A stretch of DNA of 64,000 bases from a bacterium. GTDB lineage: Bacteria > Patescibacteriota > WWE3 > 2-01-FULL-39-13 > JAACPI01. The stretch covers positions 28,244 to 92,243 of the forward strand of contig JAACPI010000005.1 of assembly GCA_009995545.1 (NCBI GenBank), given 5' to 3'. The notes beneath the pieces were generated by a model, which saw only the letters and a program-made list of their open reading frames with translations, made no database searches and had not been told where the DNA came from. The translations under genes and the position numbers were made by a program. Below, in pieces: positions 17,836 through 28,785 of this stretch. Numbering within the stretch: position 1 is the stretch's first letter; each line of letters opens with the position of its first letter.

Positions 17836-20800
17836 ATGTTTAAAAAATATCTAATATTCACCACTCTTTTAATAGCCATCTTTTTAAATAATACGACTCC
17901 CGTCTCTGCAGCCTGTGTGGATATGTTAGATTATTTTAAACCTAACTCAGATAAAGCAGTTTTAAGTAGCGGGGGCTTAACTTATGTTGTTGAAGATGGA
18001 AGGGTAATAGGAGGTAAACCAACATTTTACCTTGCAAAAAGTGCAGATGGCAGTGTTTACGAAGAATTCGCCTATGATGATCAATTTATTTATCACGGAA
18101 GAGATACTTCATGGGCAACAGGTCCTGGACAGGATGTTAGCTGTTTGGACGGCAGGGCAGCGGGTTTTACTATGGTAGACGGGTCCGTAGGCGGGTGTGG
18201 AAGTGTGGATTTACAAAATTACACGCCAGCCAAGTGGGTTAAAAGGAATATGTGTGAGGGCGAAACTATGTCTTCAAATCATACCGTTGTTGCCTTTGCA
18301 AAGGATGGAGCTACTTGTGGTTGTTGCGAAGCACCATTTACAGGGTCTGTATCTTTTAAAATGCGGTTCAACAAAATTTATAGTGTGTACTCAAACCCCA
18401 ACAAACCCGAAATGCCACAACTTAATAACGTAATAGAAATAGAAATTGTTGAGGGAAACGGCCAGGGTGAAAAATTCTTATTTAATAAAGAATATGGGTG
18501 GGTAGGATTTATAAGACCTGGGGGAGAAACCAGTATCGCAGACGCCTTAAGACCAAAACCCGGTTCATCAATCGATTACTGCCCCTTTGTGCCAAACGAT
18601 GGAGACGGTTTAAGCTGTGAAAGTCCCTTAGTGCTAAACGCAGATACCTCTTGTGCAACATGTTCAGCAGATGGGGAAGTTGAAAACGGGTCCAGTATTT
18701 GGCAAACCCTACTCGCAGGAGTAACAGCACCCTTTACCAGCAAGGTTAAACGAATGATAACTTTAAAAGACTACAAAGGAGCTATTCCTCCTATAGACAG
18801 CTACGCAAGCAGACAAAAAGGATCTGCAGAAGAATCTCCCTTAGCCTACTTTACCACCCACCTAAATCAAAATATGGAGTCAACCTATGGGGGAGCGCCC
18901 CAAACCGGGGGAGCTGGCGACGTAGAGGTGCCTCCAAAAATTGCAAATATAGATAGATTTTTACCTCCAGGAAAATCTACGACAGATCTACAACAAGAAT
19001 ATATCCGGTGTCTTGAAACCCCAACCGAGGTCGATATAGTAATTGAGGGAGCACCTAATTTAAAACACGCTGACATGCGGGTATACTGTGCCCAAAAAAT
19101 AGCCAGCACAATTACCAATAGTTTTTGGTCTACACCCACAAATCAAATAAGCTGGATACCTCCAGTAGGATACACTAAAGAAGAAGCTTTTGGAGTTGAA
19201 AAAACTAAACAATATAATGAATACCTGGCGGAGGCACAAACTAATTATTTAGCAAAAAATTATAGTAACGAACAAAAACAAGAGATTGTATTTAACACTA
19301 TAAAGCAAAGACAGATTAGTAATAGTATTAAATACGATCCAAAATATGCGCTGATAAATGATCCAAATAGCGGTAAAATTCAAACCGCCGCCGTAAGCCA
19401 AGGATTCACAGTTCCTGCCTGTATGTTTCCTGTGAGAACAAACGTTAAAACGACTTGTGAAGAACTTTTGGGACAAAGAGAGGTCAAGTTTGAAAGAGAC
19501 ATCGGAACAGCTAACTGTAGTAAAAATGCGGATGGGACCGGAGGGTGCGGGGGGAAAAGTACTGATATAGATATTGGAGTAGTAGTACAAGGATACGGAG
19601 GCTCAGATATTACACCCGGTATATCCATTATTGGCCAAGAAACAACCTGTGATGCAAACTGCGCACTAAAACAAAATTCCTCAGGAAGCTCTTTAGCTAA
19701 TAATGACAGTATAAAACTAGCATCCACTGTTGGGGGCTATAACGGGGGGTATAAATCACCGGGCTACACTGCTTTAACAAGTACGTTATATACAGCATTT
19801 ACACCACCAGGTGTAAAGGCTTTAACAGAAATGGCTGAAGAAATACCGATCAATGTAAGTGCTAAAAGTTCTGGTTTATTTTCGGGTTTAGGAAATTTAA
19901 CCTCAAACAGTAATCAAGAAAACAGTGTTGCGGGTTTTGCAAAAAAATGTGCCCTACCCAAACTTACTTCAATATCCCTAGCCCCAGGAACCGATGAGGC
20001 CAATAATTTAGAAAATTTCCTGTACCAGTGCGAAGGTGAGGCAGGAATAGCTACCGACAGTTATTGTGGTAGTGTAAATAATTCAATGAGCAATAGTAGT
20101 AAAAACTTCACAATTACTAGAGGCGGAGTAGATTTAAACGTGGATCCTAACAATAAATATTATTTTTTAGACAAATCTTCAGACTTAAAGTTATCTGTAG
20201 CTAATAGGTATGTGGATGGCGCAACTTTAATTTTAAATCACCAAGTGGTAGTGATGAACCCAGGGCAAACATCTGCATCAAGATGTGGCAATACGCTAGA
20301 GGAATCCAACGGAACCTTTTATCAAATTATGTATCTACCAAGGGCGTTGCCTCCGGAAATAAACGTTTCAAGCCATGCAGACTGGCTTAACTATGCGTCC
20401 GTTCTTGAATATAAGGGAACGGGATATACAAACTCGGTATCAACTTTCAATGTTAAAGAAGGGTATTACAAAATTCAGGTAAAACATTTTCCTTGCTTAC
20501 ACGATGCACAAAGTTACCTGCCAGACAGTGGTGTTATTAAAATGTTTAAAGAAAATACAGATAAAAATTTTTGTGCAAAGATAACCAATAACTCCAATAT
20601 GCCAGGTGGAGGTTACGCAAGCCCGATTACCCACGAAAGGTACAATAACGACCAAACTCAGACCATGGGTTGTACCTTAGCTGATCCCTACAACGTACTT
20701 GCAAATAACTCGTGCGGTGGGCTACACGGAAATAACCCTGAGGATAACTTTTGGAGCCGAGTTACAGGTATAAAGTTGGGAGACGGGGATATAGTTTTTA

Positions 20801-21405
20801 ATAACAAGTACACCTACTCAGCAGAGTGGTTAGTTAAAGGCAAAGAGATGTATACAAAAATGTTTGGTATAAATTTTGACGGTACAGGAAGTTGCAAAAC
20901 TAGTTTTCCAACGACTTTAGTAGAGGTAAAAGGGGAAGAGTGCTTAAATTTAAGTAATAGAGATATTGGCCAAGTTAACCCAGGAGTGCCTGTAGACCCA
21001 GATATATCTATGAGCTTAGATCCACCTTATAGTTCACCCTCTAATTTACCTGCTAGCGGAAAAGCTATGTATTACTCACGAGGGGTGATGGATACAGCTA
21101 TGGCAAACCAACGCAAAAACTACCCAGGAAAAATACCCGACGGTTTAAGTATGCAAAACAAGGGTAAATATAAGGGATTTGTAGCCCTACTTAGAGCAGG
21201 AGATATTGGTAGAGAAGTTTACATAACAAATCCTAAAACTAACCAGGTAGAAGGGCCTTTCTTAGTAGTAGATGTTGCAGCAATGCATGACATACCCTCT
21301 CTGTTACAAAGAAACTGGGTAGTAGACGTTGATTACGATACAGCTGTAAGGTGGGGAATGGCAGGCGTAGGTCCGGCCAAGGTATCTGTTTACGAATCAA
21401 ATTAA
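17836..21405 (+). CDS. large secreted Cys-rich protein with C-terminal double-psi beta-barrel (RlpA/3D-like) domain
   Basis: signal peptide; many Cys; C-terminal GKAMYY...VALLR.GDIGREV.I...EGPFLVVD...VVDVD. Confidence 0.7.
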   Translation: MFKKYLIFTTLLIAIFLNNTTPVSAACVDMLDYFKPNSDKAVLSSGGLTYVVEDGRVIGGKPTFYLAKSADGSVYEEFAYDDQFIYHGRDTSWATGPGQDVSCLDGRAAGFTMVDGSVGGCGSVDLQNYTPAKWVKRNMCEGETMSSNHTVVAFAKDGATCGCCEAPFTGSVSFKMRFNKIYSVYSNPNKPEMPQLNNVIEIEIVEGNGQGEKFLFNKEYGWVGFIRPGGETSIADALRPKPGSSIDYCPFVPNDGDGLSCESPLVLNADTSCATCSADGEVENGSSIWQTLLAGVTAPFTSKVKRMITLKDYKGAIPPIDSYASRQKGSAEESPLAYFTTHLNQNMESTYGGAPQTGGAGDVEVPPKIANIDRFLPPGKSTTDLQQEYIRCLETPTEVDIVIEGAPNLKHADMRVYCAQKIASTITNSFWSTPTNQISWIPPVGYTKEEAFGVEKTKQYNEYLAEAQTNYLAKNYSNEQKQEIVFNTIKQRQISNSIKYDPKYALINDPNSGKIQTAAVSQGFTVPACMFPVRTNVKTTCEELLGQREVKFERDIGTANCSKNADGTGGCGGKSTDIDIGVVVQGYGGSDITPGISIIGQETTCDANCALKQNSSGSSLANNDSIKLASTVGGYNGGYKSPGYTALTSTLYTAFTPPGVKALTEMAEEIPINVSAKSSGLFSGLGNLTSNSNQENSVAGFAKKCALPKLTSISLAPGTDEANNLENFLYQCEGEAGIATDSYCGSVNNSMSNSSKNFTITRGGVDLNVDPNNKYYFLDKSSDLKLSVANRYVDGATLILNHQVVVMNPGQTSASRCGNTLEESNGTFYQIMYLPRALPPEINVSSHADWLNYASVLEYKGTGYTNSVSTFNVKEGYYKIQVKHFPCLHDAQSYLPDSGVIKMFKENTDKNFCAKITNNSNMPGGGYASPITHERYNNDQTQTMGCTLADPYNVLANNSCGGLHGNNPEDNFWSRVTGIKLGDGDIVFNNKYTYSAEWLVKGKEMYTKMFGINFDGTGSCKTSFPTTLVEVKGEECLNLSNRDIGQVNPGVPVDPDISMSLDPPYSSPSNLPASGKAMYYSRGVMDTAMANQRKNYPGKIPDGLSMQNKGKYKGFVALLRAGDIGREVYITNPKTNQVEGPFLVVDVAAMHDIPSLLQRNWVVDVDYDTAVRWGMAGVGPAKVSVYESN

Positions 21406-21415
21406 TAATTAATAT

Positions 21416-22453
21416 CTACTGACTAACCGGCATAAAGTTTACCTCACTGTTTAACAGACCTTGCACGTTTTCTACACTCCCACTAAAAGCGATTTGTGGT
21501 ACTAATAAACCACTAAAAGAGTCATAGATATAAACCAAATTAGGGTCTTTACTACTTTCAAATTTAAAGTCGCTGGTTTTTAAAGTAACATTACCATCGA
21601 GCACTAAGGCAGTTAAATTCGCATCTAAGGAAATTTTTGGAACTAAAAAATAATTCTTTGCTTCAAAAAACCTGTTCCCCACAACATCAATTCTTTTTGG
21701 AAAAAAATTTAATATGTTAAAGTCTACTGTTTTCTCAAACTTATTATAAATGGCAGAAACAGAAGATTGGCCATATTCATCAACAAATAAATTACCGTTT
21801 AAATAAACCCCATAAGTAACCTGAGAGTATAAAGTTCCCATATTAGAAAAGGCTGCGGGAACAAAATACTCATCACCCCCTAAATCTATATCTCTTTCCG
21901 TAAGCTTTTTAAGGGAAAAGCTATACACACTGCTAGTAGAGGCACCGTTTAAAAGGTAGGTGTAGGCAGAAACAAATTCATCTAGAGTACCTTCTTTAGT
22001 ACCCTTTACACTGGTAATGTTTGAAAAATTTAAATTTTTAAAGCGGGGGTTCTTAGCTAATTCTTCAGGTTTATACTGAATAACTGAATAAATAAAAGAT
22101 CTGTTATTAATCTCTGTAAGATCACTTTCCGTAACCTCTTTTTTAACTTTAACCTCATTACCATAAAAAACGGCAGGTAACTGAGGAACATTTTTATCAA
22201 AATTTTGCACTACCCTATTGGACTTACTTACAACATCCTTAACATCTGTAAGATTTTCTTGTTTTTCTACGGAGGTTGTTTTGGTAACCGGCTTGCTAAA
22301 AAACCGAGACAGATAACTAGAAAATAAGGTGCCCACTACAACCAAAACAATTAAGATTAAAACAAAAAAAGCATATTTATTTTGGCCAATTACTTGCTTT
22401 ATATTTTTAAGGAAGATAAGGTTCATATTCGGCATAACATTCTCCTCTGCCAT
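21416..22453 (-). CDS. membrane-anchored hypothetical protein
   Basis: single N-terminal TM; overlaps the end of the M23 gene; exact start uncertain. Confidence 0.7.
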   Translation of the reverse strand: MAEENVMPNMNLIFLKNIKQVIGQNKYAFFVLILIVLVVVGTLFSSYLSRFFSKPVTKTTSVEKQENLTDVKDVVSKSNRVVQNFDKNVPQLPAVFYGNEVKVKKEVTESDLTEINNRSFIYSVIQYKPEELAKNPRFKNLNFSNITSVKGTKEGTLDEFVSAYTYLLNGASTSSVYSFSLKKLTERDIDLGGDEYFVPAAFSNMGTLYSQVTYGVYLNGNLFVDEYGQSSVSAIYNKFEKTVDFNILNFFPKRIDVVGNRFFEAKNYFLVPKISLDANLTALVLDGNVTLKTSDFKFESSKDPNLVYIYDSFSGLLVPQIAFSGSVENVQGLLNSEVNFMPVSQ

Positions 22454-25400
22454 TTAAATTACTACCACTCACACCACCACATAAAGTACCACAGCTGAAT
22501 ACCGAACAAGGGTTTACCGCAAAAGCCGAACCCGTTCCACCAGACCTTATTTCGTAATGTAAATGCGGGCCAGTGCTGTTACCAGTACTTCCAACCAGCC
22601 CCACCTGTTGCCTGTGTATAACTGTTTGACCTGTCGTTACATCTATTTGACTCATGTGGGCTAAATATATGTAAATATCCGCGCTGTTTGCTTTTAAAAC
22701 CACCAGGTTACCATAACCACTTGTATTCCAACCTGCAGAAATCACTGTAGCAGAACCGTTATAAGGCGATAAAATAGGGGTTCCAGTAGTAGCTCCGTAG
22801 TCTATACCCGTGTGAAAATTATACTTTGTAGACCCTGCCTGTGTAAAAGATCTCCAGCCAAAGCAGGAAGTTTCGGTAGGAGCCACAGGATTTGCGTCTA
22901 GTCCAGAGGCAGAACTACCGGCAAAGTTAGCTGCACCTCGGCAGGCCAAAGTTGGGTCATCAAAAATGCTTCCCATGTAGGCCGTTGCTCCAAAATCTCG
23001 ATCATCCTGAGCTACACTACCCCCTAGTATCATTATAATAAAAACAAGAATTATAGCTAAAGCGTAAAGCAGTATTTTTACTACAAACTTAGTAGGGTTA
23101 ACTATTAAATCATCAACTAAATTTTTAAATGCATAGTAAACACCTTTTATATCCCCCTTAAGTAAACTCATTGCCGATTTAATTACCGCTTGACCTACCT
23201 TCGCTATTATTAGGGCCAGTAAGGCGGGTACGGCCTGTGGACCTGTCAACCCTGCTGGTAAAAACTTAGAAAACACACTACCCAGTTTTCCTAACGCGGA
23301 GACGATAGCTTTATAAAAAGCTTTGTTTGCATACTTCATTCTCCACAGTCTTAAAAAGACTTTAGCCTGTCTAACTGGACCGTATCCAGGCTTGTTATAC
23401 CTCCACAACCTTCGAGTAAATTTTCCAATGCCAAAACTCTTAATTTTAAAAACTCCGTATAAAAGTTTATGTTCTAACGTAGCAAAAACGGTGCTCTGTA
23501 CTGCATTAAGCTTGGTTGCTACCCAAGGCAGGACTGCCATATACTTTACTAATTTCCCATCTCGGATAAATTTCTGCCCTAACAGGAGGGTAAGTGATAA
23601 AAAGTCGTCCCTGTCTACACCTTTTTTTTCTAAAGATTCTAAAGTTTTGAAAATCGAGATAAAGGATTTCTTCAGAACTGCGGTATCCCCCGTATATCCG
23701 GTAAGATTACCTCCAGCTATAAGCGCATCTATAAAGTCCGCATTTTTAGTTAGTTCCCATTGCTCGTACCAGCCCTTGAAGAGGTCGTGAAAATTACTAA
23801 TGTTAACTACACCACCCACAGCGGGCACATTCGAGGACATTGTGTTTAGCGCAGCAAGAACATTGACTAAACCATCAAGCTGTCTTGCGGAAATATGCAC
23901 CCTCCCCATATCTGTACTGCTAAAGCTGTTTTTAAAGGAAGTAAACTTATTTTTAGTTTGCAAGTATGTTTCTCCCACAAATAAACCGATTTTGTTACCA
24001 CCAATTTCTGCAACATTTAATCCGTTGATAAAGTCTCCGGGATACAAATACTCTTGCTGGCTTAAAAAAGCGGTGAAAAAGCGGTGAGTTGCGAACTCAG
24101 TATAACCCTCCCCTGTTAAACCAATAAAATCCTGGGTTTTAACACTTGCGGTTTTCACTAGATTTCTAAGCTCCCCTAGATTACTAGCACCAAAAGCCCT
24201 AAGTGGTAATTTAATTTTATCTAACTCCTTTTGTATGGGAGTATACTTTGCTAATAGATCCCACTTACCCAAAAATACATAGGGTTTATAGAGATCCCCT
24301 TTTAGCACGGCGTCTAAAAATTCCTGCTGAGCCAGCATAGTGTTCCGAGTCTCCACGTAGTCCCTCAAGCCTATGGCTCGGGATAATCGTCTTCTAAAAT
24401 CGCCCCTCTGAGCTATGGGTATACCTGCAGAAAGAGTATCTAATATATCTTTTCTACTCTCCTTAAGTAAGGTTAAGCTGTCATTAACCAAGACTTCTTT
24501 AGCTTTCATCACGGCATCATCGAGGTTTGCAAAAGACTGCTGAGCTAGTAAAAAGTCTCTACTCTTAGCATCAGAAAAGGTCCCAGGTAATACTTTAGGG
24601 TTAAAAGCTCCTTCTGAAAGCCACTCCCCAAGTCTTTTATCTTTCTTATCAACACCGATTGAAAAATCCAGAACCTCTCTAGCTGCTGCTGCACTAGAAA
24701 AACCTAAAGTTTTCCAGTTATTTCCAGTTAAAACATAATTTTTAAAATCCTGATAATACCTAACATCTTTGCCACCCATACTATCTAAAAGCTTTCTTGC
24801 CTGTAGTTTTGATTTAACTATCGCTCTGCTACCGCTGACTCCCTGAACCATGTCGCCAAGGGTATATCCTTTGACAATTTCCGCGTCTAGTTTGGTAGCA
24901 TAAGTAGCCGCAACACTGTCTGTGGACAGAAATCTCTCTAGGTTAGGGTTAATCGCCCCTGCGGAGGCAATTATTCCACCAGGAGACTCCATTGCCGTGT
25001 AAAGTTGGGTGTCATTAAAGAGCGGTTTACCATAAGCATCCACCCAAGTCCCCCCTTGATGGGCAAGTTCTTTCTCCATCAACTCTATAAGTTTCTCATC
25101 GACACCTGCCCTCGCACCCACCCTCTTCCCTATAGACTGGCTTTTTTCAACCCACCCTTCAATAGACTTTGCGTAGTCCTTGTAGCCAGAAACCCCATCA
25201 ATACCTATTGCCCCTTCTAAGGTAATGGGGTTTCCTCGAAGCGTATGGGTAGTTTTGGAGGTAAGGATTTGATTATTTACAATGTAACCCGTTCCCATAT
25301 GTTGCTTATCCACGTTTCCCGACATAATCTCCCGTAACATCTTCATTTCAAGCTCGCGCTCGATATCAGACCACTGTAGAACTCCCTTAGCCCAGTTATT

Positions 25401-25757
25401 TAGTGTTTTCTTTGCCTGCTCTCCTGGGTTTTTCCAATCTGCAGGGTTTAAAGAAATCTCTACCTGGACACCCGCCAAATCCTGAAACTCGTCCTCTCCG
25501 TAATTTATTAAACCATTTGCAGCTTTTTCAGAAGTGGCATTAAAAAGAGCTTTTTTGTAGGTATCGATATACATCTCCTTCGTCTTAGAAGGAAGGCTCT
25601 CAAAATACTCGAAAGATTCTTGGCTTAAAACACTTTTTAAAACCTGAGACTCAAAAAGCTCGGTAGGGATATTTATCTGTGCGCTTGGTGTTATTGTGGG
25701 CCCAGGGTTCATGGGTCTTCCTGGACCCCTACGAGGACCTCCTCTTTTTTGTGCCAT
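22407..25757 (-). CDS. large helical membrane protein with C-terminal M23 peptidase
   Basis: HTGIDY, GYGNLV, LAHMS, GSTGNSTGPHLHYEIR after TM segments. Confidence 0.88.
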   Translation of the reverse strand: MAQKRGGPRRGPGRPMNPGPTITPSAQINIPTELFESQVLKSVLSQESFEYFESLPSKTKEMYIDTYKKALFNATSEKAANGLINYGEDEFQDLAGVQVEISLNPADWKNPGEQAKKTLNNWAKGVLQWSDIERELEMKMLREIMSGNVDKQHMGTGYIVNNQILTSKTTHTLRGNPITLEGAIGIDGVSGYKDYAKSIEGWVEKSQSIGKRVGARAGVDEKLIELMEKELAHQGGTWVDAYGKPLFNDTQLYTAMESPGGIIASAGAINPNLERFLSTDSVAATYATKLDAEIVKGYTLGDMVQGVSGSRAIVKSKLQARKLLDSMGGKDVRYYQDFKNYVLTGNNWKTLGFSSAAAAREVLDFSIGVDKKDKRLGEWLSEGAFNPKVLPGTFSDAKSRDFLLAQQSFANLDDAVMKAKEVLVNDSLTLLKESRKDILDTLSAGIPIAQRGDFRRRLSRAIGLRDYVETRNTMLAQQEFLDAVLKGDLYKPYVFLGKWDLLAKYTPIQKELDKIKLPLRAFGASNLGELRNLVKTASVKTQDFIGLTGEGYTEFATHRFFTAFLSQQEYLYPGDFINGLNVAEIGGNKIGLFVGETYLQTKNKFTSFKNSFSSTDMGRVHISARQLDGLVNVLAALNTMSSNVPAVGGVVNISNFHDLFKGWYEQWELTKNADFIDALIAGGNLTGYTGDTAVLKKSFISIFKTLESLEKKGVDRDDFLSLTLLLGQKFIRDGKLVKYMAVLPWVATKLNAVQSTVFATLEHKLLYGVFKIKSFGIGKFTRRLWRYNKPGYGPVRQAKVFLRLWRMKYANKAFYKAIVSALGKLGSVFSKFLPAGLTGPQAVPALLALIIAKVGQAVIKSAMSLLKGDIKGVYYAFKNLVDDLIVNPTKFVVKILLYALAIILVFIIMILGGSVAQDDRDFGATAYMGSIFDDPTLACRGAANFAGSSASGLDANPVAPTETSCFGWRSFTQAGSTKYNFHTGIDYGATTGTPILSPYNGSATVISAGWNTSGYGNLVVLKANSADIYIYLAHMSQIDVTTGQTVIHRQQVGLVGSTGNSTGPHLHYEIRSGGTGSAFAVNPCSVFSCGTLCGGVSGSNLNGRGECYAEYEPYLP

Positions 25758-25831
25758 ATATTATGTATATGTTAACTTTTAGCACTTTAAATAACTAGTA
25801 AATTAAAGGTTTATTTATTAAACTGTAATCA

Positions 25832-27289
25832 ATGAACAAATCTGGCTTAAAACAATTCGGCAAACTATTCATCTTATTTTATATTTTCATTTTTATACTA
25901 ACTGCATTTTTAGTAAAAACAGGTATAGCAAACTATAAAACTCACGTTGGAAGATATTGGGAAGACGAAAAACATTTGGCCATGATTATGCCCAACGCAG
26001 GGGATCGTTTAAACAATAATGTATACGCCTTATCAGTACCTGGATGGGTACCTTGGTCTGGGGGTATAAATGCTAAAATTGCGGGAATAGAAGCAGCTTA
26101 CGACTGTGTGTCTAACATACAAGGTTTTGGTCAATGTGCTACCACCGGAGTTGCGGAAACTGCAACAGTAGCCTTTCAAGGGGGAACTTACTCCGAGTGT
26201 AAAAAAGTAGCAGAAACTGCGGATTTAAACTCAGGAACTTTAACAGAAACGGAGAAATGTCCTATTGAAGACTCCATGCTAAACAAGCTAAATAGCGAAC
26301 AAACTTCCGATACAATCACTATGGCAAAACCCATAAAAGGAGGGTTTATGGGCTTAACAACCTACGTTACTAAACAAGTATCCTTAGAAAGCGAAAATTT
26401 AGCCAATACCACATACTATGCAGACTACATGCAAGAACAATTACCGATTTTCGGGGCTAAAACTGCTAAAGCATATACTTGGGAAGGGTTCTTAACCGAC
26501 ACTACTTTAGGAGAGGGGTTTTTTAATATCTGGAAGACAGCCCTTAATTTTTCTTACTATTTAATAATAATTCCTACAGTAGCCTTTGGATTTGCAATAA
26601 TGTTTAGAATGCAAATAAACCCACAAACTCAAATTACCCTAATGCGGGCTATACCTAAGTTGCTCATTACAATACTCTTAATTACTTTTTCGTACCCAAT
26701 TGCCTCCTTAATGATTCAGCTAGCCAAGCCGATTACTGATGTAGTTATAGGGATGCTAGCCTCTTTTGGAGATGCGGCTACAAACAGCATGAGCCCAGAG
26801 CTCCAACAAGGGGCATCTGGAAATTTTATAATGTTCATGCTTTTGTATACTGTAGTTGCCAGCTTAGGTGGAGGGTTTGTAGGAATAATAATATTTGTAA
26901 TACTTCTTGTTATGTGGGTAATTTCAATGATAAGGTATTTGTTCGCAATAGTAATAATAAGCTTTAAAACAGGTATTTTAATAGCCTTTGCCCCTCTAAT
27001 TCTTTTAGTTTCGGCTTTTCCTGGCAAAGAAGGCATGATTAAAACTTATTTTATGAACTTAGCCAGTAAAATCTTTGGCCTAAGTGCAATATCCGTAATG
27101 TATGCGGCTTCTTTTTATGTAATATTTATAGGATTTGCAAGTGCAAAATTCATAGTTATGCTGGCCTCAATATTTATGAGTATCGGTATAATGTGGAACT
27201 CACCCAAGGCCCCAAAACATTTAGAAAAAATGTTGGGTGTAGAACCCTTATTTGGAGGGGGAGATGCGGGACCGCCAAAAAGAAAATAG
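25832..27289 (+). CDS. polytopic membrane protein, VirB6/TrbL-like
   Basis: GFAIMFR..I..Q..IT...AIPK......LITFSY.IA.LM; multiple TMs; upstream of PrgI/VirB4. Confidence 0.65.
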   Translation: MNKSGLKQFGKLFILFYIFIFILTAFLVKTGIANYKTHVGRYWEDEKHLAMIMPNAGDRLNNNVYALSVPGWVPWSGGINAKIAGIEAAYDCVSNIQGFGQCATTGVAETATVAFQGGTYSECKKVAETADLNSGTLTETEKCPIEDSMLNKLNSEQTSDTITMAKPIKGGFMGLTTYVTKQVSLESENLANTTYYADYMQEQLPIFGAKTAKAYTWEGFLTDTTLGEGFFNIWKTALNFSYYLIIIPTVAFGFAIMFRMQINPQTQITLMRAIPKLLITILLITFSYPIASLMIQLAKPITDVVIGMLASFGDAATNSMSPELQQGASGNFIMFMLLYTVVASLGGGFVGIIIFVILLVMWVISMIRYLFAIVIISFKTGILIAFAPLILLVSAFPGKEGMIKTYFMNLASKIFGLSAISVMYAASFYVIFIGFASAKFIVMLASIFMSIGIMWNSPKAPKHLEKMLGVEPLFGGGDAGPPKRK

Positions 27290-27363
27290 AAAAACATAGT
27301 AAAGTCGCTTCCTGCAAAAGCTTTAATAGTTACTTACCTCCTGTTTACTGCTAAAATTAGGTT

Positions 27364-28761
27364 ATGCAAATTGAGTCTGCCAATAAACAACACCCTATTC
27401 CTCAAAATGTTATGGACGTGGAGTTCAAACTTATTGGGGATTTAACTGTTAGACAATTTAGCTACTTAGTAGTATTTGGCATCTTAATCCTCATAACCTT
27501 TAAAATTAGCTTACCTGGGATTTTTAAATACCCCTTGCTTTTAATTGAAACTTTAGCAGGGCTTGGATTTGCCTTTTTTCCAATGAATGATATTACTCTA
27601 GATAAGTGGGTAATAAACTACATCAATGCAATCAAAAACCCAAGGCTTAGAGTTTGGCAACACACTATAAATATTCCAACCTTTTTTACATTGGATGTCA
27701 CTAGAAAAACCCAAAGCAGTAATCAACAACCTTCCTATAACCAAAAAAGAGTAAGTATCGATGATTTTTTTGCTAGTCAAAAAGACAATAACCAAACTCA
27801 AACACCAAAAGATTTTGATGATGACACCGACTTAAAAACTAAGGAACAAGAATTTTTTAACCAAATAGGTGTAGCTACTAAGCCCAAAAAAATTAGCGAT
27901 TCTGAGCAATTAAATTTGGCTAAATCATTACATCAGGACGAACACGAATCCAAGCAACAGTTTGTTAATCACACGCCACCGGTTACTACTAATCAGTTAC
28001 CTATAACCCCTAGCAAAGATACTAAACCAGAAAACAAGATAGAGATTAAGGTAAACTACAGCAAAAATATGGAAGAAATGAACCAGCTAAAAGATAAACT
28101 AATTAAGGAGATAGAAAAAAATAAGTATAAAGTAATTGAAGGTAAAGAGGACATACTCGAAGAAAACTCACAGCAAGTACCTCAATCAAATGTAAAGGTA
28201 GTGACAGATAAAGCCGAAAAAGTTGGGTTAGTGCCCCCACCTACTACACCTACGATACCTGCTTTAGAGCAAGTTAAACCCGATATAAAAGTTAGTGCTC
28301 CCGTTGTAGAGGAGTTAACTACCCCAGTTAAGGATAAAGAAAAGGAACCTACTAGCGTGTTTAGTAGTTTTTTGCACAGTTTGAAATCTAACAAACAAAA
28401 AGAAGGGAAAGAAATAAAGGAAAAGCCTAAAACTCCAGATAATAATAATATAAAAACAAGTGCACCAACTGGAGCTATCTCTACAAACCCGGTTAAGGCA
28501 AATATAATAATTGGAACGGTAGAGGATAAACAAGGAAACCTGCTTCCAGACTGTATTGTTATAATTAAAGACTCTGATAATGAGCCGATGAGGGCCTTAA
28601 AGACTAATAATTTAGGGCAGTTTGAATCCTCTACATCCCTTGAGAACGCAGATTACAGAATAGAAGGTATTAAAGAAGGATATAAATTTACACCAGTTGC
28701 GGTTAGTGCTTTAGGAAAAGCCCTAGATCCAGTAAAATTAATAGGAGAAAAAATATTATAA
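27364..28761 (+). CDS. PrgI family (VirB3-like) protein with C-terminal carboxypeptidase-regulatory-like domain
   Basis: QHPIPQNVMDVEFKLIGDLTVRQF, P.LRVW; C-terminal G.V.D..G......IV.IKD....MRALKTN.LGQF. Confidence 0.85.
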   Translation: MQIESANKQHPIPQNVMDVEFKLIGDLTVRQFSYLVVFGILILITFKISLPGIFKYPLLLIETLAGLGFAFFPMNDITLDKWVINYINAIKNPRLRVWQHTINIPTFFTLDVTRKTQSSNQQPSYNQKRVSIDDFFASQKDNNQTQTPKDFDDDTDLKTKEQEFFNQIGVATKPKKISDSEQLNLAKSLHQDEHESKQQFVNHTPPVTTNQLPITPSKDTKPENKIEIKVNYSKNMEEMNQLKDKLIKEIEKNKYKVIEGKEDILEENSQQVPQSNVKVVTDKAEKVGLVPPPTTPTIPALEQVKPDIKVSAPVVEELTTPVKDKEKEPTSVFSSFLHSLKSNKQKEGKEIKEKPKTPDNNNIKTSAPTGAISTNPVKANIIIGTVEDKQGNLLPDCIVIIKDSDNEPMRALKTNNLGQFESSTSLENADYRIEGIKEGYKFTPVAVSALGKALDPVKLIGEKIL

Positions 28762-28785
28762 CTGCCTGTAAATAAATAATAACCC

